51,670 nt of DNA from an uncultured Ignavibacteriales bacterium (GTDB taxonomy: Bacteria > Bacteroidota > Ignavibacteria > Ch128b), in assembly GCA_937138605.1 (NCBI GenBank), contig CAKZPH010000021.1:1-51670 (forward strand). The letters are read 5' to 3'. This document shows, one piece after another, positions 10,094 to 18,825 of the stretch (its first letter is position 1; every line of letters starts with the position of its first letter). The notes under the pieces are model-generated. The model did no database searches. It was given only the letters and a program-made list of their open reading frames with translations, and was not told the origin of the DNA. Position numbers and translations under genes: made by a program.

Positions 10094-10661
10094 TCTCTGA
10101 GTTGTTCACTGCTATACTTCCGTCGGTCCAATTAAATATAAAGGGTAAATTTCTGAGCAATAAATCAAATTTTCCATTACCATGAATTTTTACAAAACCA
10201 CCAAGATTAGTATCCATCGGCGGGCACAAATTCGAAGCGTTGGCATTTATTATTTTTTCAAACTCACTTTTTGTTATGATACCACTTTCTAGTCCTCTAA
10301 TTGCATCCTCTACATTAGGATAGTTGAGTATCATAATTTTTCCTAGACCATCTGTTATTCTTTTATCACATACGTAAAAATTTCCTATGGGAGTGAATCT
10401 ATCGTTTTTTGATTGTTTAGAGAATCGTGGATTTGCTCCAAGTGCGATATTGTATGTTTTAACTAAGACAGTATCGATGTAAAGATGAAGTTTATAATCA
10501 AGTTTATTGATGATTATTTTGGGATTATCCAAATTTTCAATCTTTTTTTCAGAAAGTAAATCTTTCAAACTAGTTTTTCTTAAATCCTGTATGATTCCGT
10601 AAACAATCATCCCTATAATGAAAATTATGATACCCCCAATGTAAAATATCAGATTTTTCAC
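10041..10661 (-). CDS. L,D-transpeptidase (YkuD/YafK)-like protein, membrane-anchored, nucleophile Cys replaced by Ser
   Basis: 206-aa ORF with GTG start and an N-terminal TM helix. YafK/YkuD-like landmarks by eye: LNYPNVEDA, KIHGNG, and TDGSIAVNNSEIEELY where family members carry GC(I/Y)A. Fold assignment is from memory of motifs only. Confidence 0.5.
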   Translation of the reverse strand: MKNLIFYIGGIIIFIIGMIVYGIIQDLRKTSLKDLLSEKKIENLDNPKIIINKLDYKLHLYIDTVLVKTYNIALGANPRFSKQSKNDRFTPIGNFYVCDKRITDGLGKIMILNYPNVEDAIRGLESGIITKSEFEKIINANASNLCPPMDTNLGGFVKIHGNGKFDLLLRNLPFIFNWTDGSIAVNNSEIEELYSVCKIGTTVIIY

Positions 10662-10693
10662 TTCACAAAATCAATATGAATTGATTTTTTAAA

Positions 10694-11077
10694 CTATTTG
10701 CTTCTCTCTATGAAGTTACTTTGAAAATTAGAAGGATATTCAACTTCTACGATACTATACATACCCCCTCGTGGATTAAATTCACCGGTTACTTTCATAT
10801 AACGTGGTTGTAAAACTTTTACCAGATCGTCTAAAATCAAATTAACTACAGACTCATAGAAAATCCCCTCATTACGAAATGAATTAAAATAGATTTTCAA
10901 AGATTTCAATTCGACACATTTTTTATCAGGAACATATGTAATTGTTATTTTGCCAAAATCAGGATTACCTGTCTTAGGACATACAGATGTAAACTCAGGT
11001 TGAACATGAACGATTTTGTAATTTCTATCAGGATACTTGTTATCAAAAGTTTCTAAAATTTTTATTCTATCTTCCAT
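10694..11077 (-). CDS. queF: NADPH-dependent 7-cyano-7-deazaguanine (preQ0) reductase, type I
   Basis: 127-aa ORF with catalytic Cys region [13 protein letters not shown] and QueF motif [23 protein letters not shown] lies upstream of the ATG. Confidence 0.9.
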   Translation of the reverse strand: MEDRIKILETFDNKYPDRNYKIVHVQPEFTSVCPKTGNPDFGKITITYVPDKKCVELKSLKIYFNSFRNEGIFYESVVNLILDDLVKVLQPRYMKVTGEFNPRGGMYSIVEVEYPSNFQSNFIERSK

Positions 11078-11086
11078 TCTTTTTCC

Positions 11087-11776
11087 TCAAATATACTTTG
11101 GTTTGACTCTGTAAATAATTGGGTCATCAATACCAGCCATTTGAAATCCTCTTAACCTTAAAGCACAACTATCGCAAACTCCACAAGCCACTTCTTCATC
11201 CTTATAACAAGACCAAGTTAGATGAAACGGTGCATTTAATTCAACACCAAGTTTTATAATTTCATATTTTTTTAAGGAGATTAACGGAGTTTCAACTTTT
11301 AGTTTTGTGGTTGGTTTAGTTCCAACTTTTATAAGCTCGTTAAATTTTTCGTAAAAAATTTTTCTACAATCAGGATATCCTGACGAGTCTTCCTCCACCG
11401 CTCCTATAAAAATTTTCTCAGCGCCTAAAACTTCTGCCCACGCCACAGCCATGGATAAAATATTTGCATTTCTAAAAGGAACATAAGATGAAGGAATTTC
11501 TTTTGGATTTAAATTTGCTAAACTAACCTCGATTTTTTCATCAGTTAGTGAAGAGCCCCCAATCTCTCTAAAAAAGTCTGTATTTAGAACCAATTTATAT
11601 TTTGCCTTAAAGTAATCAGCAATGTCGTTAAATGCCTTCAGTTCTCTTCTTTCCGTTCTTTGACCATAATTTAAGTGCAACATTGCCAGGTCATAATTCT
11701 TACTGGCAATTGCGGTTACTACGCAACTATCCATTCCACCACTGGCAAGGACAACAGCTAATTTTCTGTCAGACAT
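11087..11776 (-). CDS. queC: 7-cyano-7-deazaguanine synthase
   Basis: 229-aa ORF with PP-loop VVLASGGMDSCV and C-terminal Zn cluster CYKD...CGVCDSCALR. Confidence 0.95.
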   Translation of the reverse strand: MSDRKLAVVLASGGMDSCVVTAIASKNYDLAMLHLNYGQRTERRELKAFNDIADYFKAKYKLVLNTDFFREIGGSSLTDEKIEVSLANLNPKEIPSSYVPFRNANILSMAVAWAEVLGAEKIFIGAVEEDSSGYPDCRKIFYEKFNELIKVGTKPTTKLKVETPLISLKKYEIIKLGVELNAPFHLTWSCYKDEEVACGVCDSCALRLRGFQMAGIDDPIIYRVKPKYI

Positions 11777-11796
11777 TTAACTCACTCACTTTATAC

Positions 11797-12210
11797 TTAT
11801 AATTTTTTTTGATATTCTGCGTATGAATCAACTGTTTCGTAAACCCTCACCAAAATCAAATTTAATTTTTGTGGTAAATTTGATTTAGTTATTTCCTCGA
11901 CAATAAATCTTGATATGTTCTCTACAGTAGTTGGAAAATCTACGACAACAACTCGATCATTAATTTGATTTGCTATTTCAAGCAACTCCTTATCCGATGA
12001 GTCAACCAAAATCGAATGGTCCATTTTGTCAATTATTGGATTGACAATATTAAATATGTCGTAAAAGTCAATTAACATTCCATCGGTTAATTGATCTCCA
12101 TCGAATTCAATTACTGCTCGATAAGAATGGCCGTGAAGGTTTTTGCATCTTCCATTATGAAAAGGTAAACGGTGAGCCATTTCCCATCGAAATTCTTTTG
12201 CAACTTTCAT
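11797..12210 (-). CDS. queD: 6-carboxy-5,6,7,8-tetrahydropterin synthase
   Basis: PTPS fold motifs FRWEMAHRL and CKNLHGHSY. The track ORF extends to 12279 but that extension runs into the tRNA-Arg gene. ATG at 12210 (MKVAKEF...) is preceded by GGAGAAG. Confidence 0.9.
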   Translation of the reverse strand: MKVAKEFRWEMAHRLPFHNGRCKNLHGHSYRAVIEFDGDQLTDGMLIDFYDIFNIVNPIIDKMDHSILVDSSDKELLEIANQINDRVVVVDFPTTVENISRFIVEEITKSNLPQKLNLILVRVYETVDSYAEYQKKL

Positions 12211-12250
12211 TTTTCTTCTCCAAAATTTGCAAGGGATTAAAATCAGATTG

Positions 12251-12323
12251 TACCCCCGACAGGGCTCGAACCTGTGCACCCAGCTCCGGAGGCTGGTGCT
12301 CTATCCAGCTGAGCTACGGGGGC
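12251..12323 (-). tRNA. tRNA-Arg (anticodon CCG)
   Basis: Reverse complement reads GCCCCCG-TAGCTCAGCTGGATAGAGC-A-CCAGC-CTCCGGA-GCTGG-GTGCA-CAGGTTCGAGCCCTG-(T)CGGGGGT-A. This folds as a cloverleaf with a 7-nt anticodon loop and anticodon CCG. No CCA is encoded. Confidence 0.9.
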
Positions 12324-12342
12324 AAACTTCTTATTTAATTTG

Positions 12343-12416
12343 TACCCCCGAGAGGATTCGAACCTCCGACACGCGGTTTAGGAAACCGCTGCTCTATCCA
12401 ACTGAGCTACGGGGGC
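12343..12416 (-). tRNA. tRNA-Arg (anticodon CCU)
   Basis: Reverse complement reads GCCCCCGTAGCTCAGTTGGATAGAGCA-GCGGT-TTCCTAA-ACCGC-GTGTC-GGAGGTTCGAATCCTCT-CGGGGGT-A, anticodon CCT. The acceptor stem and D arm are nearly identical to the neighbouring tRNA-Arg(CCG). Confidence 0.9.
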
Positions 12417-12756
12417 AATTTTACTTTTTGTAAACGCAAGCTAACAATCAACGTAAAATTTTTCCATAATTGGTTAAGCACAAATAACCAGAACTGCTAT
12501 GAAAGAACAACAGAAAATGAATTAATCCTATAAAATTTGAAAACTTAAAGAATAATTGAGACGATAGAACTCTTTCTTAAATTTAACAATAAGACGATTA
12601 ATGGATTATCCAACATAAAATTTTATAAAGTTATTCCCATCTTAAATTTTTACTTGTTACTTTCACATAGAAGAAATTTTACATTAACAAGTTATTATCA
12701 TAATGGTTGCTATATAAATCTAGAAGGAATTAACTTAAGAAAAAAAAGATTGTCAA

Positions 12757-14103
12757 ATGCATCTTAGAGAAATACTTCTTTCGATTATAGATAAAGTTCT
12801 TAAGACAATAACCCCAAAAGAAGTTTTTAACAAAAAATTTAATCTAGAGAATAACTTTTTGAAAATACAAGATTATACTTTGGATTTGAGTAAAACAAAT
12901 AAACTTTATGTTATTGGATTTGGAAAGGCATCTTCAGCTATGGCGACAGAAATTGAGAAGTTTCTTTATGATAGAATAGAAGCTGGAATTGTAATAACAA
13001 AATATGGATTTAAAACCCATACAAACAAAATTAAAGTTTTCGAGGCCGCACATCCCATACCCGATGAAAATACGATTCATCATTCAAAACGAATATTAAA
13101 ACTTCTAAACCAAACATATGAGAATGATTTGATTATTAGTCTAATTTCAGGAGGCGGTTCTGCTTTGTTTGAAGTACCGATTGACGATTTTTCCCTTGAC
13201 GAACTAAAGCAAGTTTATTCTGTTTTGCTTCATTGTGGTGCAAACATTTATGAAATAAACGCGATAAGAAAATTAATCTCAAAAGTTAAAGGAGGTAAAC
13301 TTTTAAGTTATATTTACCCAAGTCAATGCATTTCAATAATAATCTCAGATGTAATAGGAAATGATCTTTCTATAATTGCATCTGGCCCAACATTTATTAC
13401 CTCTGAAAGTAAACATTCAACTCGGGAAATCATTCAAAAATATTATCTCAAGGAAAAACTTTCTTCAGTAAGTTTAGAAAAAATTTTATCAATGGAAGAA
13501 TCATTTAACAAATTTACAAATGAAATTTGGGAATACTTTGATAAAAAAGTACAGAATATAATTATCGCATCGAATGAAAATGTTGTAATAAGTACTAAAA
13601 AACTTGCAGAAGAATTAGGTTACAAGGTTTTTATAATTTCGGAAAAAATGGAAGGCGAGGCGAGATTAGTTGCGAGTAATTACATAAAAATAATATCAGA
13701 TTACCTCAATCAAAATAAAGAAGTCGAAAAATTCTGTTTTATCTCAGGCGGTGAAACCACAGTTACTGTTCGTGGTGATGGCATAGGCGGAAGAAATACC
13801 GAATTTGCCTTATCAGCTTTGTATGAGTTAATATTTCATCGTGATATAATTTCAAACTTCAATTTTATACTAGCTTCAATTGCAACAGATGGAAATGATG
13901 GTACCACAGACTGTGCAGGGGCGTTTGTAGATTATGATGTTATAAAAAATTCAATTAATAAAAATCTAAATCCAAAAAATTTTCTTACAAGGAACGATTC
14001 ATATACCTTCTTCAGTGAGTCAGGAGGTCTAATTAAAACTGCCCCTACATTCACAAACGTGATGGACATTGTAATTGGATTATTTGAAAGAAAGAAAACT
14101 TAA
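12757..14103 (+). CDS. glycerate 2-kinase / hydroxypyruvate reductase-like protein (DUF4147 + MOFRL)
   Basis: 448-aa ORF with GFGKASSAMA near the N-terminus, SGGGSAL, and the MOFRL-type FISGGETTVTVRGDGIGGRNTEFAL block. Confidence 0.85.
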   Translation: MHLREILLSIIDKVLKTITPKEVFNKKFNLENNFLKIQDYTLDLSKTNKLYVIGFGKASSAMATEIEKFLYDRIEAGIVITKYGFKTHTNKIKVFEAAHPIPDENTIHHSKRILKLLNQTYENDLIISLISGGGSALFEVPIDDFSLDELKQVYSVLLHCGANIYEINAIRKLISKVKGGKLLSYIYPSQCISIIISDVIGNDLSIIASGPTFITSESKHSTREIIQKYYLKEKLSSVSLEKILSMEESFNKFTNEIWEYFDKKVQNIIIASNENVVISTKKLAEELGYKVFIISEKMEGEARLVASNYIKIISDYLNQNKEVEKFCFISGGETTVTVRGDGIGGRNTEFALSALYELIFHRDIISNFNFILASIATDGNDGTTDCAGAFVDYDVIKNSINKNLNPKNFLTRNDSYTFFSESGGLIKTAPTFTNVMDIVIGLFERKKT

Positions 14104-14133
14104 TCTGTAGAAATCCTGTCAGATAATTAATTG

Positions 14134-14973
14134 TTAAAATCCCGCAAAGAAAAGAGTCAATCCTATTACAAGTCCGAAGATAAAATTGAATAATTTAACC
14201 TTAATAGAATCTTCAACTGAATAGGAAAGTAAAGGTAACATACCATGCCCATCTTGAACAATTGAACTGGTTAATAATACAGAAAAAGGGACGAGTCCAT
14301 CAGCAAATAGTTTTATAAAAATCAAATGTGGTCCCGACTCAGGAATAAGTCCAACGAGTGCTGCAATAAAAATGAAAGCAATTTTGTACTGAGAAGTAAA
14401 ACGTTCTAGATGTAGATATTCCAGGCTTAAATGCACGATAGTTAAAGCTAAAAGAGTCCAGACAAAAATTTTCCATAGGTGTTTTTTGATTACATGATTA
14501 AAGATGTGTTCTGTTATATAATGTTTGAAAGAAAGTTCATGTTCATGAATTACAAACTCTTCGCAGTTAATACATATTTTCACTTTAAGTTTCTTCACAA
14601 TATAATCAGCTAAAAAACCACCTACCACGCCAAGAAAAAAAAGGAGCATAAAAATATAAAAGGCTTTATCAGGCACCATAGCAATTAATACAAATGCTTC
14701 ATCACCAGAAGATGCAATCATTGAACCAGCAAGCGCACCAAAACTTATTAAACCATGGATGTAAAGTGAAACATTTGTAAATCCACCAAAGCAACCTGGA
14801 ATTGCTCCAATAAAAGATGAAATGAAGTATTGTTTTACTTTGTTTGATCCAACCAGGAGTAGTTTCAATTTCCCTTTTGAAAAGACATTCATTAAGTCAA
14901 TGGCTATCATCATCACTGCAACGAAAAAAGTGATTTCGATTGTTTCAAACAATATTTCTTTAATCATATCCAT
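14134..14973 (-). CDS. polytopic membrane protein, putative metal permease (ArsP_2 / 'putative manganese transporter'-like)
   Basis: 279-aa ORF with ~8-10 TM segments. Motifs IPGCFGG, SSGDEAF, PESGPH and QDGHG are as I recall for the 10TM putative heavy-metal exporter family. The central loop CINCEEFVIHEHELSFKHYITEHIFNH is Cys/His-rich. Confidence 0.5.
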   Translation of the reverse strand: MDMIKEILFETIEITFFVAVMMIAIDLMNVFSKGKLKLLLVGSNKVKQYFISSFIGAIPGCFGGFTNVSLYIHGLISFGALAGSMIASSGDEAFVLIAMVPDKAFYIFMLLFFLGVVGGFLADYIVKKLKVKICINCEEFVIHEHELSFKHYITEHIFNHVIKKHLWKIFVWTLLALTIVHLSLEYLHLERFTSQYKIAFIFIAALVGLIPESGPHLIFIKLFADGLVPFSVLLTSSIVQDGHGMLPLLSYSVEDSIKVKLFNFIFGLVIGLTLFFAGF

Positions 14974-14995
14974 GATTTAGAATGTCATCGCATTT

Positions 14996-16762
14996 TTATA
15001 GTATTTTAATGTGAAGCTCTTTCAATTGCTCAGGCCTTACAAGTGATGGTGCACCATCCATAAGCGAAAGGCCATTGGATGTTTTGGGAAAAGCAATAAC
15101 ATCACGAATAGAATTTTGATTAGCAAATAACATAACCATTCTATCAAATCCAAAAGCAATACCACCATGAGGTGGAGCACCATATTTGAAGGCGTTAATC
15201 AAAAATCCGAATTTTTCTTCTGCTTCTTCTTTTGAAATTCCAAGTACATCAAACATTTTTGATTGAACCACTGGATCATTTATCCTTATACTTCCACCAG
15301 CAATTTCATTGCCATTTAGTACCAAATCATATGCTTTGGCTTTTACTTTTAAAGGTTCAGTTAACATTAAATCAATATGCTCATCTTTAGGAGAGGTAAA
15401 AGGGTGATGCATAGCAACAAGTCGTTTTTCTTCTTCACTGTATTCAAAAAGAGGGAAATCAGTTATCCAAAGTATCTGAGGTTTTACATTTTGTTTTATC
15501 AAGTCCATACGCTTAGCCATTTCTAAACGGAGAGCACCCATTATTGTAAGCGTTTTTCTCCACTCACCAGCCTGGATTAAAATCAAATCTCCTATTTCTG
15601 ATTTTGTTTTCTCAATTAATGCTTTTTGTTCGGCATCATTAAAAAATTTTAATGTTGGTGAATCAAGGCCATTTTCGTTAACACGAATCCAGATTAGTCC
15701 ACCAGAACCAAGTTTTTTAACAAAGTCAGTCAAAACATCAAGTTGATTACGTGTATAATTCCCACAACCTTTTGCATTAAGTGCAGAAACAATTCCTCCT
15801 TTTTTAATAGCTTCACTGAATAATCTAAATTCACTTCGTTCAAAAATTGAATTAAGGTTAAAAAGCTGTAAATCAAATCTTAAGTCAGGTTTATCTGAAC
15901 CATATAGCTCCATACTTTCTTCGTATTTCAATCGTTTGAAGGGCGTTTCAATTTCAATATCAAGAATTTCCTTATAAAGTCTCTTCATTAATCCTTCAAC
16001 AATATTAAAAACATCCTCTTCATCGACAAATGACATTTCTACATCAATTTGTGTGAATTCATATTGACGGTCTGCTCTTAAATCTTCGTCACGAAAACAT
16101 CGGACAATCTGAAAATACCGATCAAAGCCCGCCACCATTAAAATCTGTTTGTAAGTTTGAGGTGACTGAGGTAGCGCATAGAAATAACCTTTGTGAATTC
16201 TACTTGGTACAAGGAAATCTCTAGCTCCTTCAGGAGTTGATTTCATCAGGAAAGGAGTTTCAATTTCTAAAAAATTATTTTCATCAAAATATTTTCTAAC
16301 AACTTGATACATCTTGTGACGTAGAATCAAGTTTCTTTGCATTGGTCTTCGACGCAAGTCCAGATAACGATAACGTAAACGAATTTCTTCATTTGTATCG
16401 ATTCTATCTTCAATTGGAAATGGTGGAGTTTGAGCTTTATTAAGAATCGACACTTCGTCAACCATAACATCGATCATTCCTGTTTCAATTTCTGGATTTT
16501 CAGTACCCTCAGGCCTTCGTCTTACTTTACCTGTAACTGATACCACCCATTCATTACGCAAATCTTTAGCTTGCTCATGTGCTTCAGCATTATAACTCGG
16601 TTCGAATACTATTTGTGTAATTCCATAACGATCCCTCAAATCTATAAAAATTACTCCACCAAGATCTCTTCTATTATCAACCCAACCGTTTAAAGTAACA
16701 GTTTGCCCTATATGTTGATCTCTTAACTCACCACAAGTATGAGTTCTTTTCTTAAACTTCAT
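14996..16762 (-). CDS. aspS: aspartate--tRNA ligase (bacterial type)
   Basis: 588-aa ORF. OB-fold N-terminus, class II motif 2 FRDEDLRADRQYEFTQID, the bacterial insertion domain, and motif 3 GGIAFGFDRMVM. Confidence 0.97.
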   Translation of the reverse strand: MKFKKRTHTCGELRDQHIGQTVTLNGWVDNRRDLGGVIFIDLRDRYGITQIVFEPSYNAEAHEQAKDLRNEWVVSVTGKVRRRPEGTENPEIETGMIDVMVDEVSILNKAQTPPFPIEDRIDTNEEIRLRYRYLDLRRRPMQRNLILRHKMYQVVRKYFDENNFLEIETPFLMKSTPEGARDFLVPSRIHKGYFYALPQSPQTYKQILMVAGFDRYFQIVRCFRDEDLRADRQYEFTQIDVEMSFVDEEDVFNIVEGLMKRLYKEILDIEIETPFKRLKYEESMELYGSDKPDLRFDLQLFNLNSIFERSEFRLFSEAIKKGGIVSALNAKGCGNYTRNQLDVLTDFVKKLGSGGLIWIRVNENGLDSPTLKFFNDAEQKALIEKTKSEIGDLILIQAGEWRKTLTIMGALRLEMAKRMDLIKQNVKPQILWITDFPLFEYSEEEKRLVAMHHPFTSPKDEHIDLMLTEPLKVKAKAYDLVLNGNEIAGGSIRINDPVVQSKMFDVLGISKEEAEEKFGFLINAFKYGAPPHGGIAFGFDRMVMLFANQNSIRDVIAFPKTSNGLSLMDGAPSLVRPEQLKELHIKIL

Positions 16763-16976
16763 TTGTTCACCTTATTTTTTGATCTCCTAACTTTTGATTT
16801 TTGAAGACATTATCAAATTTTTAACAAGATTTATAAAGTACACACTAAAAATCTTTGCATTATTCGTTTTAATATCGGATGTAAATCCTCAGCAAATTAT
16901 TAAACTAAAAAGTAAAAAATTCAATAACTAATTACAAATTTAATTTTGCCTTTATTCTTCCCATTAAGCAAGAAAT

Positions 16977-18734
16977 TTATTGCATTAATTTCTGTAAGGG
17001 ATTGTCAGGATTTAATCCATTTTTTAGAGCGAGTTTATAATAATAACGACCAGAGTCAATATCTCCCTTATTAAAAAAATATATGGAAAGGTTTAAATAT
17101 GCTTCCATAAAAAATGGATTTAATTTAATTGACTTTTTAAAGTTAAAAAGTGCCAGAGAATCTTTATCAATCCTGGCATAGAGAACCCCTAAATTGTTGT
17201 AAGCTTCATAATAAGATGAATCTAGACTTATTGATTTAAGAAATAATTTCTCTGACTCTTCATATTTATTCATCGAGAGGTATAGATTTGCAAGATTATT
17301 TAGGGTGATTTTATTTTCGGGGTTAAGTTCTATTGCACGTAAGAGATAACGTTCTGCCTCCAATGGTTTGTTCATCTTTCTATAGTTGATAGCAATATTA
17401 TTAAGTGTTTCTATTGAATTAGGATTTAAGCTTAATGATTTAAGAAATTCTTTCTCTGCATCATCATACATACCTTTTCGATGGTAAACATTTGCAAGAC
17501 CTCTTCTTGTAAAGAAAGATTCAGGCGAGCTCTTAATTGCGGATGTATAAAAAGTAATTCCATCACGAAAGTTTGAAATGTAATTTAAAGTAATAAACAA
17601 AAAATATATTACCATTATGACAAAAATGGTAATTGAGATGTATTTACCTGCCTTATCAAAAAATCTATATTGAGCAATCATCAACGCAAATCCAAAATGT
17701 GGAACATACGCTCTATTATCAAGAAAATTCGTAAAACCTGCGTAACCAACCATACCACTAACTAAAAACATTAAGTACCAAATGAATCCGAAGTAAAATA
17801 TTTTTTTATTTTTAATCCCTTTAATAGATAGAATAACAATAAAAATTAATACAAGTATTCCATAAAATTCGTTCAAATTATCTTTTAGAGTAATCACAGA
17901 AAGATTAAGTGGCAGAAGAGTTTTGCCCGTGTAGTTTAATATACCAAGTATATAATCTAAGAATTTTAGTTCTAAACCTTCGCTAATTATTACACCACCT
18001 TTGGCTTTTGACTGCAATATCAACCAGCCAATTGTTAAAATCATAGTTTCAATTAGAACTAAGGTGAAATTTTTTGAAAATCCGAGTTTTTTCTTGAAAA
18101 GAAAATAATAAATCAAAATTCCAGGAATAATAAGAATAGCATTTTCTTTCGATAAAAGAGCACTTAAAAAAGACAATGAAAAAATAACATGATAAAATAT
18201 TGAATTTTTTTCCGTGATTTTAAAGTAATAAAGGAAGCTTAACGCAACAAAAATGAATAATATAGAATCATTTCTTCCCGGAATCCAAACTGCAGTTTGT
18301 ACGTTAAGTGGATGAACAATAAAAAGCAAAGTTAGTGCAAAAACTAGATAATAGTTTTCCACAAATTTTCGTAATAAAAGAAAGAATAAAAAGCTTCCGA
18401 GTATATGATAAATTAGATTTGAAAAGTGATAGATAAAAGGACGAGTCCCACCTATTTTAGCATCAATCATAAAGCTGAAGGAAATTAAAGGTCTGTAATA
18501 CGCACCATAGTCGGTCATAAAGAACTTTGTAGTGAAAAGAATTGGAATGTTTTTTATATCAAGATAAATATGATTCTTTTTGACAACTAAATCATAATCG
18601 TCAAGGTATGTGTAATCGAATTTGAAAGTAGGATGATAAACTAAAAAAACACAAATCGAAATAACAAGTAAAACTAAAAATTTTGATTTATTGATTTTCT
18701 GAAAAAATATCTTCAGTTTTTCTAGATTCTTCAT
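16977..18734 (-). CDS. GT-C fold membrane glycosyltransferase-like protein with C-terminal TPR repeats (TMTC/PMT-like)
   Basis: 585-aa ORF with ~10 TM helices. The first-loop motif FDYTYLDDYDLVVKKN and YYRPL resemble the TMTC/PMT first-loop acidic motif. The C-terminal ~190 aa contain 4-5 TPR units (NPNSIETLNNIAINY..., NPENKITLNNLANLY...). Confidence 0.6.
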   Translation of the reverse strand: MKNLEKLKIFFQKINKSKFLVLLVISICVFLVYHPTFKFDYTYLDDYDLVVKKNHIYLDIKNIPILFTTKFFMTDYGAYYRPLISFSFMIDAKIGGTRPFIYHFSNLIYHILGSFLFFLLLRKFVENYYLVFALTLLFIVHPLNVQTAVWIPGRNDSILFIFVALSFLYYFKITEKNSIFYHVIFSLSFLSALLSKENAILIIPGILIYYFLFKKKLGFSKNFTLVLIETMILTIGWLILQSKAKGGVIISEGLELKFLDYILGILNYTGKTLLPLNLSVITLKDNLNEFYGILVLIFIVILSIKGIKNKKIFYFGFIWYLMFLVSGMVGYAGFTNFLDNRAYVPHFGFALMIAQYRFFDKAGKYISITIFVIMVIYFLFITLNYISNFRDGITFYTSAIKSSPESFFTRRGLANVYHRKGMYDDAEKEFLKSLSLNPNSIETLNNIAINYRKMNKPLEAERYLLRAIELNPENKITLNNLANLYLSMNKYEESEKLFLKSISLDSSYYEAYNNLGVLYARIDKDSLALFNFKKSIKLNPFFMEAYLNLSIYFFNKGDIDSGRYYYKLALKNGLNPDNPLQKLMQ

Positions 18735-18825
18735 ATAAAATTAAAAATGACTATAACCAAATAGAAAGAGTTTAATATCATATTTCAAAATAATATTTTT
18801 ACAAAAACAAACTAATATTAAAAAT

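Noticed and set aside
12211-12250. Possible preQ1 riboswitch in front of queD
   Set aside because: Only 40 nt are available. I could not fold the small hairpin plus A-rich tail typical of preQ1-I, and I see no conserved motif.
12211-12279. N-terminal extension of the queD ORF (MHRFEPCRGYNLILIPCKFWRRK...)
   Set aside because: The extension overlaps the tRNA-Arg(CCG) gene. The internal ATG at 12210 has a GGAGAAG ribosome-binding site and gives a normal-length QueD.
12227-12433. 68-aa plus-strand ORF from the track
   Set aside because: It is simply the antisense translation of the two tRNA-Arg genes. The cloverleaf structures explain the sequence completely.
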